A stretch of DNA of 64,000 nucleotides, from NCBI GenBank assembly GCA_030264375.1, contig JASCQW010000119.1, forward strand, positions 10,523,346 to 10,587,345. Reading direction: 5' to 3'. Below the pieces are notes generated by a model. The model saw nothing but the letters and a program-made list of their open reading frames with translations, was not told the DNA's origin and ran no database searches. Within the stretch, counting starts at the first letter, position 1; every line of letters starts with the position of its first letter. A program made the position numbers and the translations under genes. Shown in pieces: positions 1 to 12,859 of the stretch. The DNA comes from Carcharhinus longimanus. Its lineage: Eukaryota.

Positions 1-39
1 AGCAAACACACCGAGCTGTTATAAAACCAGAAAGAGTGT

Positions 40-560
40 TTTCTATTGTGTATCTCTAAAAAATGGTGAGATTCGTAGCTGGCATGCCAAATTTCCTAAG
101 TCTCCTGAGAAAGTAGAGGCGTTGATGGGCTTCCTTAGATATAGCACCGGCATGGGGACACCAGCACAGGTTGTTGGTGTTCCGCATACATAAAAACTTG
201 AAAGTCTCGACACGTTCTGCTTCGTCCTCGTTAATGTAGATAGGAGCATGCTCTCCTTCACGCTTCTTGTAGTCGATAACAATTTCCTTCGTTTTGTTAA
301 CATTGAGGGAGAAATTATTTTTGCCGCATCAGTTCACCAGTTTATCTCATTCCTGTACTCTGCGTCCGCATTGTCTGAGATCCGAACCAGTATGGTAGGT
401 ATCGCCAGCAAACTGGAAAATCGAATTGGAGGAGAATTTGACCACACAGTCAAAGGTGTATGAGGAGCATAGTAGCGGGCTGAAAAAACAGCTTTGTAGG
501 TCACCGGTGTTGAGGATGTTCGCGGAATAGGTGCTGTTGCGAAGAATGTCCAACCGTCCA
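40..560 (-). mobile_element. Degraded Rex1/Babar-type LINE reverse transcriptase fragment
   Basis: Minus-strand frames give FSPLLCSSYTFDCVVKFSSNSIFQFAGDT, RISDNADAEYRNEI and KEAHQRLYFLRRLRKFGM, typical of the RT C-terminal region of this clade. Confidence 0.8.
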
Positions 561-861
561 TTAATAGAGGACTAACAAATTTGTCATGATCTTGCTGAAA
601 TATTTGATGTCTGCGCTCATTTCTAATAAATTCAACAAAGATAATTGCAATAAAAACGTAGTGCATTGGATGCATTCTCCAGGATCAGTGACGATTTTTT
701 AGAAGATTTGGCTCAAAGTGCTCCATGTGTCTCAAAGTATAGAATAATCACACTTTGCCCATTGTTTATATCCGTTCTTTGTACTTGTGCTCAACAATAA
801 TTATTATGTTGTGCAACTGGAAAACTTAGCATTTCTTCCCTCTTTGTAACTTGGTTTCCAG

Positions 862-876
862 ACAAAATCAAGAAAG
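862..876 (+). CDS. Microexon 1 (15 nt), xKIKK
   Basis: catttcttccctctttgtaacttggtttccag|ACAAAATCAAGAAAG|gtaaag; phase 1, open. Confidence 0.75.
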
Positions 877-2314
877 GTAAAGATTTGAACATGATAGACA
901 TGCATTCTTGTTGCAGTAATACGATGCTGATGTAGAAATATTCATAGTGCAAAAAAGGTTATCACATTGGCTATATGTGAACTGTTAGATATAAAGTAAC
1001 CAATATTGAACATGAGTTGTGTAACATGACCGACCTGCACAGAACGATGATCCTGTTATCCTAGCGGCTAAGGCAAACTATGCTGAACTATTGTTCCTTC
1101 CTACACCATGATTCTAGCTGACTGTCCGTTCCAAATACGTTTATAACAACAAGTTATTGTCCCAGCGATCTACCTCCTTTTTCTTCCCAGCAGTTCTTTT
1201 CAGAAGGGAATAATGAAAATTTGACACGTCAACTCTAAATAATGATAAGCTGCATTGGCATTTATATCTATCCTACGATCGATTTCCATTGATTATTCCC
1301 TTCATTCCTGCCAATAATCGAAATGTCAATACAACCTTTTGTCAATGTAACCTGCAGTTTTCAAGTTCATTCCCTCAAATATGTGTCCGTTATTTTTCAG
1401 TAGTCGGAAATAATGTATTTCTTGGTAGTGAAATTCTTTTGACTTGCTCAATTATACTGAAGTAAAGAAGTACAGCCTTCAACTCAGAGCTCGGGAGTTC
1501 ACACGAAATGCGATCAATGCACGGATGCCAGATGAATCTCTGGAAATCAGAAAGCCGCAGAAAGAAAAAAAAATGAGCCTGTGTTTTAAATGCATTTGCG
1601 ATATAAAATTAACATAAAATTTGCACTTGAATACTGTGGCTTGTTGAAAGAAGAAATACAGCAGAATGTGAAATTAATTCGTCAATAATCTTGTTTTACC
1701 GCACAACATGAAAAAAACGTTGAATGTGCTTTTGCTGTTCCTAACCGACCATCAATTTGAGCCATTGTGTCTGTTCAGGACTGTAACCCTACAGCAATTA
1801 CGTTCTCCTTTGTGACCTGATATTACGTGTTATCATTGCTTTGATAAAACGCATTCTGATACATAAGTTTTCCTCGCACTATAAACTTCGTTAGAGACAA
1901 TTCTTTATAATTCATTCTAAAATATAACCTGATGTTGCCCTGTAAAGCCTTCAATAGCCATAGCTAATTTTGATTTAAAAGGTGTAGAGCTGAACATTTT
2001 ATCTGCTACAACTCATATGGTGTCGGGTGTCCCACAGGATAGTTGGGGGTGGACGGGATATCAAGAAATTTGCCCCACTGACAGTTAAACAACAGTGATG
2101 TATTTCCATCTCCAGATGGTAGATGGCTTGCAGGAGTCCTTCTAGCTGGCAGTGCCCAAAAACAAAATGCTTGTCGGCCTCGAATGCAGAAGTTGAGTCT
2201 TTGTTTTGGGTCTACATTCTTAAGGAAATAACTGATCACCAGACCATTTTGATAATATCGGCAATGGCTGCGTGACTATCATCTGTTCAACTCGTTAAGT
2301 TTAAGCTTATTCAT

Positions 2315-2585
2315 CAGTGTTAGAAGTAGCCTTACGTTAACACTGCGATGAAGTTACTATGAATATCCCTTAACTCTCACACGACGATATCTGGTCGGTT
2401 ACACTGTGAGAGAATTCAGCATGGCCAATGCACTTAACCAGCACGTTCTTCGGCCTGGGGAGCAATCTGGAGAAACCCCCGCAGATAGGAAGAGAAACGT
2501 GATGAGTCCGAACACACAGAGACTCAAGCCGGAAATCGAACGCGGATCCCGGGAGCTGTAAGGCAGCAGTACTAACCAGTGTGCG
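2315..2585 (-). mobile_element. HE1-like tRNA-derived SINE
   Basis: Reverse-complement tRNA head (aagccggaaatcgaacgcggatccc...gcagcagtactaacca). The tail is shared with the copy at 5235. Confidence 0.8.
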
Positions 2586-2693
2586 AATTCGAGGGAATTT
2601 TATTCCTTTAAGGAGATTAACTTCCCGTTTTCAACGAAAATCGCAAAAAATATAGTGAACTTAGCATTGAGTGTCAATCCGTTATTCTTCCAG

Positions 2694-2720
2694 AACTTGA
2701 AGTAAAGGAAAATCTTGATG
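2694..2720 (+). CDS. Microexon 2 (27 nt), ELEVKENLD
   Basis: ttattcttccag|AACTTGAAGTAAAGGAAAATCTTGATG|gtgaga. Confidence 0.8.
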
Positions 2721-3932
2721 GTGAGAAAAGAGATTACCATTGCTGAAGAGAAACATACGGGTCTAAAATCCTAAATGATATCTCCTTGTGTTTATGGCAA
2801 ACCTGAAGAACTTCACACTGTTATCGGACAACAAATTTTATGAAATTGGGCACACAAAATGGAAGCAAACTAAAGCTACCCTGAGAGCCCTCCACTAAAA
2901 TCACACAGTAGCAGGCACTGATCAGTAGGCAAGAGCATGTTTTTAGAATGCAAATGAGGACTAGCACCTTAGGGAAATTGGACAGGATGGCACCTACAGG
3001 AACAAAATTAAAGAACACATCCCCACCCCATCAAAATCAGCAGTTCTAAACCAGTCAAACAACCCATGGAGACACCTAAAATTAACACAGTTAAGGAAGC
3101 GTCCCTGGCTCCTCAAAACTCTTGAGATCAATAACACACACATGGTTCAAACTCCAGAGATTCTAGACCATTGACAACCAACCAGACAGAAACGATTCAC
3201 ACACACTTAAAACAGTTGCTCCAACACTCGAAAACATCGAAACAGGATGGCTGAAGTCAAATACTGTAAATAACAGATTAGCTAACAACACCCTCATTCA
3301 AGTAAATTGCTCCTGATTGAGTTTGTACACATGAAATTAGCAACAACTTTTTAGTTGTTGGCAAATAGCAGTGTACCTGTTTATCATTACAGTCGCTCGC
3401 GAGTTCAATGATTCTTAGCTAAGACGTGACTTCAAGTGCATCTGAATAACGAATATCCGATAGCAGCCGAAATATTTTGTACAAATGAGGACTAAAGTTC
3501 ATTCATCCCTCTTCAGATTTAGACAACCGTAATGAGTCCTTCTATAGAGACGCCTCGACTTCAGAATTACAAGCATTACTTCAATTTCCTGCCTAACCTT
3601 TCTTTCCTTTAATTAAATTTGTAGCTCCACCATCCGGGAACGATGCAATACTCCAAATCTGACATACTGTCTGTCCAGGATGCACCGAGTTCAATCGAAG
3701 TTCCTCATGTCCTCAATAGCCTTCTCTTTTGACTGTCAAATTATTTCCTCTGTTTTTGTACTTACGAAAAAAAACTTTAAGCTATACCGAAGATCTAAAT
3801 CACAGATCAAAATTGTGGATCCCTGTTTTCATAAATTTGAATGCATCCGAAGGAAGGTTTCCGCCCTATTCACATAATCATTTCCACCTTGAATGAGTTC
3901 ATTATTCATTCTTCTTCTGCTTTAACGTGTAG

Positions 3933-3959
3933 ATGAGGAGGCACGAGAGAAAAGATCAG
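3933..3959 (+). CDS. Microexon 3 (27 nt), DEEAREKRS
   Basis: cttcttctgctttaacgtgtag|ATGAGGAGGCACGAGAGAAAAGATCAG|gtatca. Confidence 0.8.
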
Positions 3960-4671
3960 GTATCATTCTGTGATAAATGCGTCTTATGCTGCAAATGTGA
4001 ATTTTGCCCCTGTTTTTGAGGGGGAGTCATGTAACACAAGGGCTATTTATCCAAATGTTTATCATTATATGGTCGCCACATAGCTAGCAGAGTAAAGGGG
4101 GCGCATAGAGTTGCGTCATTTTGTTTGAATGGGTAGCGAATATGTTGTCAAAGGGCTCATATGAGATTAGGGAGCAGAAATAGCTGAAACTATTAAGACT
4201 ATTTAAATATTGCAATTTTGTTCTAGTTTGCAATGTAGGAAACAGAGGCGGCACGACAACATCAGAAAAAAAAACACAATGGTGCAATACATCTCTGGTG
4301 TCTGATGAATAAGCGTTCTCTCTGGCATTTAAAACATCCACATAGAATGACAGGTAGGTTTTCGTATTAGTGACCTGTTAGACAAGTAGCACGTGTGTTT
4401 CAGCGCATCTTTAACTGCTTAAAGTTGCAATCCTTTATTTTCAGATCACATATAATAAATTTGATTTGAGAAAACAATCATAGGACACGGCAAATATTCA
4501 GAAATCATTTTGCTAAACTCCATCTCCAAAATATTCTATCGCCCGGTTTCAACTCTAGTCTCACTTATCAACTTGTGTTTGTAAACGCGGTGTATTACAT
4601 TGAGAGGAAGGTACCCTGCTGAAATGTAAACAATTGTTTTGTTATTGTAGTTGTTGTTCTGTTCGGTACAG

Positions 4672-4707
4672 AAATAACGGGTTTACAGGAAAATATAAAA
4701 GATACAG
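4672..4707 (+). CDS. Microexon 4 (36 nt), EITGLQENIKDT; donor reads AT instead of GT
   Basis: ttgttctgttcggtacag|AAATAACGGGTTTACAGGAAAATATAAAAGATACAG|atatgc; fits the 36-nt family (I2, L5, I9, D11) and fills the expected slot. Confidence 0.6.
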
Positions 4708-5234
4708 ATATGCACACAACTGAAACTGGAGCGCAAAGACAAGTTGTTGTTTAGCTTCCAACATCGATCGCTTGTCTGACATTCAGTATTTTCACTAGTG
4801 ACGTATAAAGTACGAGTTTTCTATAATGTATGTTCTGGTCACAATGCTTTAATTAAAAATTAATACATTGTTTTCCTTGCAAAAATTCAAATCAGCTTCA
4901 ACGAACATAAAAATGAGAACAAAATCCTAAAATCTAAATGAAGTCATTTTTTTCCTGACTACACGCTTTGCAAAGTATAAATGCAATTGTAAAGTATACC
5001 ATAACTCCAACCAATAAAGGGCAGAACTCTTTATGCGGTAACTGTATTTAGTATCATCTTGACATTTCAAAAATAATAACGTTAAACCAGTTCTCAATTT
5101 GCATGACCTCTTGGCCAACCAACTCTACCGGTCAAGTATTTCAAAGCAGGCCTCATTTTGGATACCGGTAGTGCAAGTATCGTTCTCGAAACTCTTTGCG
5201 AATGCATTACGTCCAATTAAGATGAAGTTAACAT

Positions 5235-5470
5235 TTATGTATTAGTCACAAGTAAGGCTTACATTAATACTGCAATGAAGTTAATGAGGAATTTCCTGTA
5301 CAGGCCAATACACCTAACCAACACGTCTTTCAGACTGTGGGAGGAAACGGAACACCCGGAAGAGACCAGAGACGGACATAGGGAGAGCGTACAAATTCAG
5401 CAAGACAGCGATCCAAGCCGGGAATTGAACCCGGTGTTGTGAGGCAGCAGTGCTAACTACTGTGCCACCA
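5235..5470 (-). mobile_element. HE1-like SINE (same tail type as the 2315 copy)
   Basis: agtaaggcttacattaatactgcaatgaagtta...ggaggaaacggaacacccgg...gggaattgaaccc...gcagcagtgctaactactgtgccacc. Confidence 0.85.
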
Positions 5471-5874
5471 TCCCACCTACATGTAGCCACTGAATCGGGT
5501 TATGCCTTAAAAAAGTAACACACTGAGCAAAGTGTGCATGAATTGGGTATTTGGAATTTGTTAGAGCACATTGCATTTTTTTAATGTAAACTGTGCATCG
5601 AGACGTGCGTTAACATAATGCCATTCATAACATAGCAGCACCAGCATTTTGCATCACTGCAAAATATGTAAATATTTTTTGCACAAATGTAACTTTCATT
5701 TGTTTATGAGCAAATACATTTTGAAGCTATGTGTGCCTCTTCTGCCCTTCCAACTGATCATTTCGTTTTGGATCATGATTGTGCCCCATATTATGCAGTT
5801 CATTTAGTGTCTGAGAAATGTGGTAACTGTTTCACAGCATTGAAACATTATTTCTAAATTCTGCATCACATTGA

Positions 5875-6200
5875 AACATAGAAACCCTACAGTGCAGAAA
5901 GAGGCCATTTGGTCCATCGAGTCTGCACTGACCACAATTCCACTCAGGCCCTACTCCATGTGCCTAATAATCCCCCTAAACTATGCACCTCAGGACACAA
6001 AGGCAATTTGTGGCATTGCCAATCAACCTAACCCAAACATCTTTGAACTGTGGGAGGAAACCGGAACACCCGGAGAAAACACACGCAGACACGAGGAGAA
6101 TGTGCAAACTCCACATAGGCAGAGACCCAAGCTGGGAATCGAACCTTCGCCCCTGAAGCTGTGAAGCAGCAGTGCTAACCACTATGCTATCGTTCTGCCC
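5875..6200 (-). mobile_element. HE1-like SINE
   Basis: catagaaaccctacagtgcagaaagaggccatt...ggaggaaaccggaacacccgg...gggaatcgaacc...gcagcagtgctaaccact. Confidence 0.9.
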
Positions 6201-6454
6201 ACAAGTGGCATTTTCAGTTCGGTTATCTCTTTGTTTTTTCCCAGACCATGTGTTCACTTGAAACATTTCAGACAAGTTCAGACAAGAATTTGCAATCGTT
6301 ACACATGCCCTTCACACTGTTGTGGTGAGACAGATTCTTGTCTGCAAACCCACTAACTTGATAGGAACTGTGTTCAATATATTTTGAACAGCCCCATTGA
6401 TGCAGCTATTATAGGTTTCAATCAAAGAATGCATGGCCTTCTTCACACCTCACA

Positions 6455-6750
6455 GAATCATGCAATTACATAGTTCTTACAGTGCAGAAGGAGGCCACTC
6501 AACCTATCGAATCGGTACAGACCATAATCCCACCCAGGCCCTTTTCCCGCAACCCGCCATATTGACACTGCTAATCTTCCAGAAACTACGGTTAATTCAA
6601 CATTAAAAGTCAACACAATCCGCTCTTCTTTGCACAATGGCAGGAAACCGGAGCACCTCGGGGAGACTATACAGACTCGGCAACGATAGTGACATGACGG
6701 CGATGCGCGTGGGCGCTGTGAGGCAGCGGTGCTAACCAATATACCGCCTT
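6455..6750 (-). mobile_element. HE1-like SINE, degraded
   Basis: tacagtgcagaaggaggccactc...cataatcccacccaggcc...ggaaaccggagcacc...gtgaggcagcggtgctaacc. Confidence 0.8.
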
Positions 6751-6838
6751 GCATCAGCCATAATCTTATTGACTGGTGGGGCAGGCTCGAAGGGCTAGAT
6801 GGCCTACTCCTGCTCCTATTTCTTATGTTCTTATGTTG
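6750..6838 (+). mobile_element. CR1 LINE 3' tail
   Basis: atcagccataatcttattga...gcaggctcgaagggctagatggcctactcctgctcctatttcttatgttcttatgtt. Confidence 0.8.
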
Positions 6839-8302
6839 CTGACCCTTAACAGAAGCAGGATAGCCCTCTTGCTGGTTCACTGCTTTTTGAGGTTGTGTCC
6901 GTTCTACACATGGTAGACTGTTGTTGCATAGATTAGCTAGTGGATAATGTCTCGCAGATGTCCAGCATGAGATGTTAGGTCTGTGTCCATTGCTTTTATT
7001 TATCAAGATCGGTGGAAGAAATGAGATGTTTTCATCGTTCAGATCAGATCGGATTCTGATGTTATTGTTACCAAATCGAGAAGAGGAAGTGGGATCTTTA
7101 GCCGTTGATTGATTCTTGGCAGCTGTTTTGGATGCCCACGCACCACAACTAAACAAACTTTTCAGCATAGTGGAAATAATGACGAGGTGATTTGGGAGAC
7201 TTAAATCAGGGGCGAAGTAAAAGTAGCTAAATGATTAAAAAAAAGACTCCTCTGATTTTACAAGAAAGGCTATATTTGATAAAAAAAAANNNNNNNNNNN
7301 NNNNNNNNNNNNNNNNNNNNNNNNNNNNNNAAAATTTTAACCCCCCCCCCCCCCCCCGATATTACTGAAGAATTTTTACAGGTAGTTAATTCCTACCTTT
7401 TATGTTTATATGTTGGTGACCACCACCAAAATAGTATAAAACATCTGGAAGCACACGATGGATCAACCACACGAGTTAATTTCTCTGACATTTATATTGT
7501 TGTCATTTTATTGAATCTGTGAAATATCCTCTGGGAATGAACGAATACTCCTGCATTTTGAACTTTTTTTTTCTGTAACAATTTAAAAGCAATAATTCTT
7601 AATTCACATTGTCATCCATTGTTTTCCTTCCGAGTGCGCAATTCTTTAATAATCCTGTCACGCTTTTCTTCCCATCAAGTTCCCTTGCCCCTGAAAGTGT
7701 CAGAATATGAGTTCACATCGTACCCCTTCTGAGTTGTTGCTACTGAACTGCACCACATCATCGGGCTTGGTTACTCTAATTAGTATTCTGCTTCCTCCCG
7801 ATAATTCATTTCGTCCTGGAAACAAATATATTGCGCACAATGTTGCATGTTTTATGACGACGACAGACGAGCATCTTCCCTCCCCAACATCCAAATACTG
7901 CCCACAAAAGAAGTAAAGCTTTTGAATTACCGCCTTTTTAAAACTATGGCGCCTTATCCAGTGTCGTTGCATGGTAAATCTCGTCCGTAAAACACAGGTC
8001 ATCATTGTTATTCAATTTCAAAACAACCCCGGGCTGTGTAAAGACATTTGTTCTACAATATGTTGATGAAGTGTAAGTTGCATTCCCCGAATATTTTCTG
8101 GACAAAAGGTCTACATGTGAATTNNNNNNNNNNNNNNTACATTATCTCAAACATGAAGAAACTACTCTGAACTTTGGGGAACAATACACGGATTTTATAT
8201 TAAGTGAGTAAAACTTGTTTTTTTCTCATCTAATTGTCTCAACCTACTACAAAGTTTGGTATGGTTTACAAAATTTACAATCAGATTTATAATTTGAAAC
8301 AG

Positions 8303-8329
8303 AGGAACAGCTGCGAAAGAAAAACAATA
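8303..8329 (+). CDS. Microexon 5 (27 nt), EEQLRKKNN
   Basis: tttataatttgaaacag|AGGAACAGCTGCGAAAGAAAAACAATA|gtaagc. Confidence 0.8.
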
Positions 8330-10733
8330 GTAAGCAAGCATCCTACAACGAATTGCCTTGAGACATTTAAAATCGTTTGAATTCAGTCCATTTGGCATTG
8401 TCAGCACATTGTTTTAATGCTTTCCTCGCTGAAATCAATAGTATTGACAATTAGATTCTAGTCCTAAATGAAACTTCAGTCCCTCCCGTAAATATCTATG
8501 AACATGACTATTTGTTTTCGAACTTCAGTATAAACTCTGTGGGAGGCCTTTGCAAAGCTCGCGGGCCTACATGCGACTGCCAATAATGTCTTTGCATGTT
8601 AAGAACATCACTTAGTTAGAGCTATCCTTCTATTCCTCACCAAGTTTTAAGCAATTTAAACCAGACATAGTGAAATTACACAGCCTCATACCATTTGATT
8701 TACAAATAAATTCAGCCGACAGCAACATACCTGGAAATATTCGTTATAACAATACATAAAGCAACACTGTGCATAATCCATCCAGCTGCTCACCACGAGT
8801 TCCAGTAGCGCACCCCCCCTGCTCCGCCCCTTTGCCCACCACCCCACCCCCTCCACCTTTTACGCGCAATCACACCACTAAATTCCACCTCTCCTCAAAT
8901 TGCTGCAACGATCTCATTAGCTCTTCCAACATTAGGTTCGAACCGATGGTCACATTTGTGGTGTTCTGGGAGAGTGCTGAGGTGATAGTGGTGGTGGAAG
9001 GCGGGGGGAGTGAATTGGGAGGAGGATGCGTGCAGAAAGGCGCTGTTGATGGCGCGAGCAGATGACACCAGTTGTTCTGTGGATACTTAACTTGCAAGGA
9101 GAAAACGACATTTTTTAATGAAGCAGGCGATTCGAAAGACAACTGTGGGACATAAAGAATGTGGGGAGATGATAGAGCGCAGAAGCAGGAGCATGGTGTG
9201 AATTGCATGGCAATGATGTGTTGCATGCAATTGATTTTAACCTTTTTATATGAACGTGCAGTGAATCAAAATTAAACGTTCATTTCCAATGGTATTGCTT
9301 CCCGTCGATGTTGAGGTTCCCAGAAACCAACAAAAAATGATTTTCACCTCATTTTCAGCTTCCATTTCACTGCAGTATATGTTGGGAACAATTTCACAAT
9401 AGAAAGGGCACGCAAATTAATCCGGAGAATTGAAATGACCGGAACGGCACGCATTTCTCTGGCTAATTTGAACAAAATATCGAATGACAGGTTTAACGTT
9501 TAATTGATAGAGGAATTTGAAATACTGAAAGTTTGAAACGTGACAATCGACACAAAACTTTGCATTGCAGCAAACATCGAGAAATTGAAGATAGCAGCAA
9601 AGAGATATGCCAAAATCGTTAAAGCCCGAAATCAAGAACTTGAACCAGCTTATAATTAGACCGAGCCAGTTTCGGCACCATTTTCAGAAATGCTTTCTTC
9701 AAAATCACCTGAGCCTTCGAATGGTCCCTGAAGATTGCAATCCAGCTCCTCACCACCAACTCCAAATTGAACAAAATACAAACGTTATTGTCTGAACATG
9801 AATTTTATGTGATGCTTCATCCTTTCCTGGAATTTGTGCACAATGCCAATACTTATGAACTCCCGTGCATGAAGCTTAGGTAACGGTGCTAACAATCTCT
9901 GCTTTCCATTAATAAATTGCAGGGCATTGACTCCAGATAGACTGTCCAGTTACGCTATTTAGAACCAATTAACTATCAATTTTTCCAATATGTTTGCTTT
10001 CGCTCTGATTGACGGGAGCATTATGGTCTAACCATGGAGTTAAGCTTTCCCAGGTTAGGATGAGGGTGGCGTCCCGAAGGCCAAACATATAGAAGGCTGC
10101 TCGGACTATAATTAGTCCTGAGTTTGGAGGGAGTCGGTACAAGGCCAAGATGCGTCCTGAATGTTGGCCTCGTTGTCCAGCAGTCAGCAGTGCGGTTCAG
10201 TCTGAGGGTCTGATTTTTTTTTTAATTTGTGTGCGTTACTTTAGTCCATATTCGGGCAGAGACTGAGGTGACGATGAATTAGAAGTCGGGTCAGATCTGA
10301 CTGAGGGCATGTTTACAGGAGCTGAGGACGGAGGACATCTGTGAGTACGGAATGCACTGGCAGCATTATTCCCTTGGCAAAATAAGCGTTTGAACAGCAG
10401 CGACACCAGTGAACTCATAAGGGACGTCATGCCAATTCTACGACGACGATTGGCTTCGATTTGTAAATAAAGCAGAGGTGAAGAAGCGCATGTTTCGCAT
10501 GTTAAAAGGAACACAAATAAAACGAATGGAAATGTATTTCTTTATGCGGCGAATAGACGTGGCGAGCTATAGCCCACTGAATTTTAGAGGAGTGAATTAT
10601 AAAAAAAATCTACCGTTGATTTGTTATGTTCAATTTCTGTTTTTAAAAGATGCGTATCACTCGTTTTCTGATATCCTTCAACAACAGCGGTTGCCAATAT
10701 AACAGTATACATTGATTTTTTTTTATATATCAG

Positions 10734-10769
10734 AACGAACAAATGTGCAAGCATTACTTGCAGACTGTC
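10734..10769 (+). CDS. Microexon 6 (36 nt), KRTNVQALLADC
   Basis: tttttttttatatatcag|AACGAACAAATGTGCAAGCATTACTTGCAGACTGTC|gtaagt. Confidence 0.85.
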
Positions 10770-12859
10770 GTAAGTAGGAAATTTTAGATTTGCCTTACTT
10801 TTATTCTATTAGTACGGACGTGTTTGAGAGATTAGAAAGATTGATATTTAACTCCACAAGTAATTGCAAACTAGGTGGTCATGATACAGCTTGTGTTTCT
10901 GATTTTTTTTTGTGGGAAGCACTGTACAATATACGTTCATAAGGAAAATTACAATGTGGAGTTATTTTTCAAAGGGAAATGTCCTGGTGATCCAAACGGC
11001 TCTCGTTATGCAGAAGTTTGAGAATAGCACAGGAAAATGAATAATTAGGAAGTATATATATCATGAAGATGGCTGTTCAAACTACGATTGCCTCCGACCC
11101 CCACAACCACACTTTAATGTTGAACAAAAAAGTCAGATTGCGTACCAAGAATATTTTGCCCCAAAGAACCAAGCAGCATTTCTGAAGTGGTGTTTATTTA
11201 TGGGGACAATGCGGTGTTATGAAAGATTCTGAAGGAACCTGCATGGCTGCATTGCTGACAGCTGCTATTAAAACAAAGCTGGCAGTCAAATATCTGCAGG
11301 ATGACTTTAGCTGCAAATTCTTTCTGCGCAGCGATATACCATTGTTCTCGATTATCTTCACTGGTTCTATATTGAAGCTTTGCTCACTAACTTTGCGTCG
11401 CTTTAAAACATCCTGACCCGCACAATCGAATTACAGCAGCCCACATCTCTCCGAAATGTTCTAGGTGCACCACTTCTGCCGCTTTTAGCTGCAGTGCCAT
11501 CAGTGCCTTGGAATCCAAGCAATTGTTTCACTTTCCGAAAACTGTGCAAGTCTTTAGCTCGTTAACAGACATTACTGCCCAGACGTGAACCCGGATTTCG
11601 AAAGAGCTGCCCGGCGTCTGCCCCACATTCACAGAAATGGAGGTGGCGCCATTACTTCATTTATACCACACGTGATATCCATTGAGACATTCCCATGCCA
11701 GAAATTGTTCATGTCATTGCAAGTTGCTGCTTTCGAATTTGTGGTGTGAGTTTCTCCAGTCAACAGAGTAACTGACAAGCTGTCGCAGCAATTACCCGCG
11801 ACCCGGCTTCTGTTTTGTATTTGGGAATATTTTTTGTGTCCGTTTGCATTCCAAAATTACTTAAAGATCACGAAAATAACATTAATTTGACATGCAGCTG
11901 TGACCGAAATTATAGTGTCTTTTAGATTTTGGACGAAAACAGCTAGCATTATATTTGCGCACTTATTATTATTGATAGCAGTTACATATGATCATTGGGA
12001 ATAGCACCTTGAGTGGAACAGTCAGCTATTTAATTATGTGCCGCATTCAGGATCATTCTGAATTCTATATGTGAAATATTCCTCACTGCATTGTTCATAC
12101 AGTCGTAAATAATTTAACATTGTCTTAAGCTTTTCAGCGATAACATGAATCTGCAGATCTTCTGCATCATCACATAGTTCTGTTTAGGACTCTTCAAAAC
12201 ATGTAGAACGCTCCAAGTTAACGCATTGCTTATTATTTCCTGTGATAAATCGACTGCCACTTCTTCTGATCCTGTCTCTTATCTTCCTATACGTGAACCC
12301 TGTTAACAACGTAATTATCGTTAATAATTCTAAAAAAAGTTAAAATAAATGAATAACTTGTCGCCATAAATATAAAAATATATGAAGCCGTTCAACTGAA
12401 TTGCCTGGTACAATACACGTATCCGTGAAATCATCGAAATAAACATTCGTTGCACATCTCAAACCAAAACATACTATTCGTGGTGTCGCACAACTTTCGA
12501 GCCTTCCTTACTTTTTCTCAATGAGATCTCATAAAAATGCGGAAATACTTATGTAGTTTCATGTGTTAGACATCTGTATTCTAGGCTCTTACACCATTTG
12601 TTCCACTAAATATTTGCTGTGGATACGTGATGAACTTTGTAATCTCCTTGTAGGACAACCACGCAACATAGAGTAAAAATACTTCACGCCCATTAATCGA
12701 ATGAAGCACAGTTGTTTTTCGCATTAGCACTTTGCTTTGTAATTGGTATTGGAATATTTTGTCTCGAATACGTTCGTAGCATCCATGTGGTTCCATCAAT
12801 AATGCCAATATTCTGGCTACTACGAATATTAAGCACTATATTATTAGAACTGGAAGTGG

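Noticed and set aside
3517-3528. 12-nt candidate exon (DLDN); similar weak candidates at 1204-1227, 33758-33772 and ~36005-36016
   Set aside because: Weak donors and outside the 27/36 pattern; such hits are expected by chance in AT-rich introns.
6458-7168. 236-aa minus-strand ORF
   Set aside because: It runs through a SINE and a CR1 tail and has no coherent domain.
7355-7387. Exon-like gatattactgaagaatttttacag|gtagtt
   Set aside because: No AG acceptor (poly-C next to a gap), a stop codon in phase 1, and it does not fit either size class.
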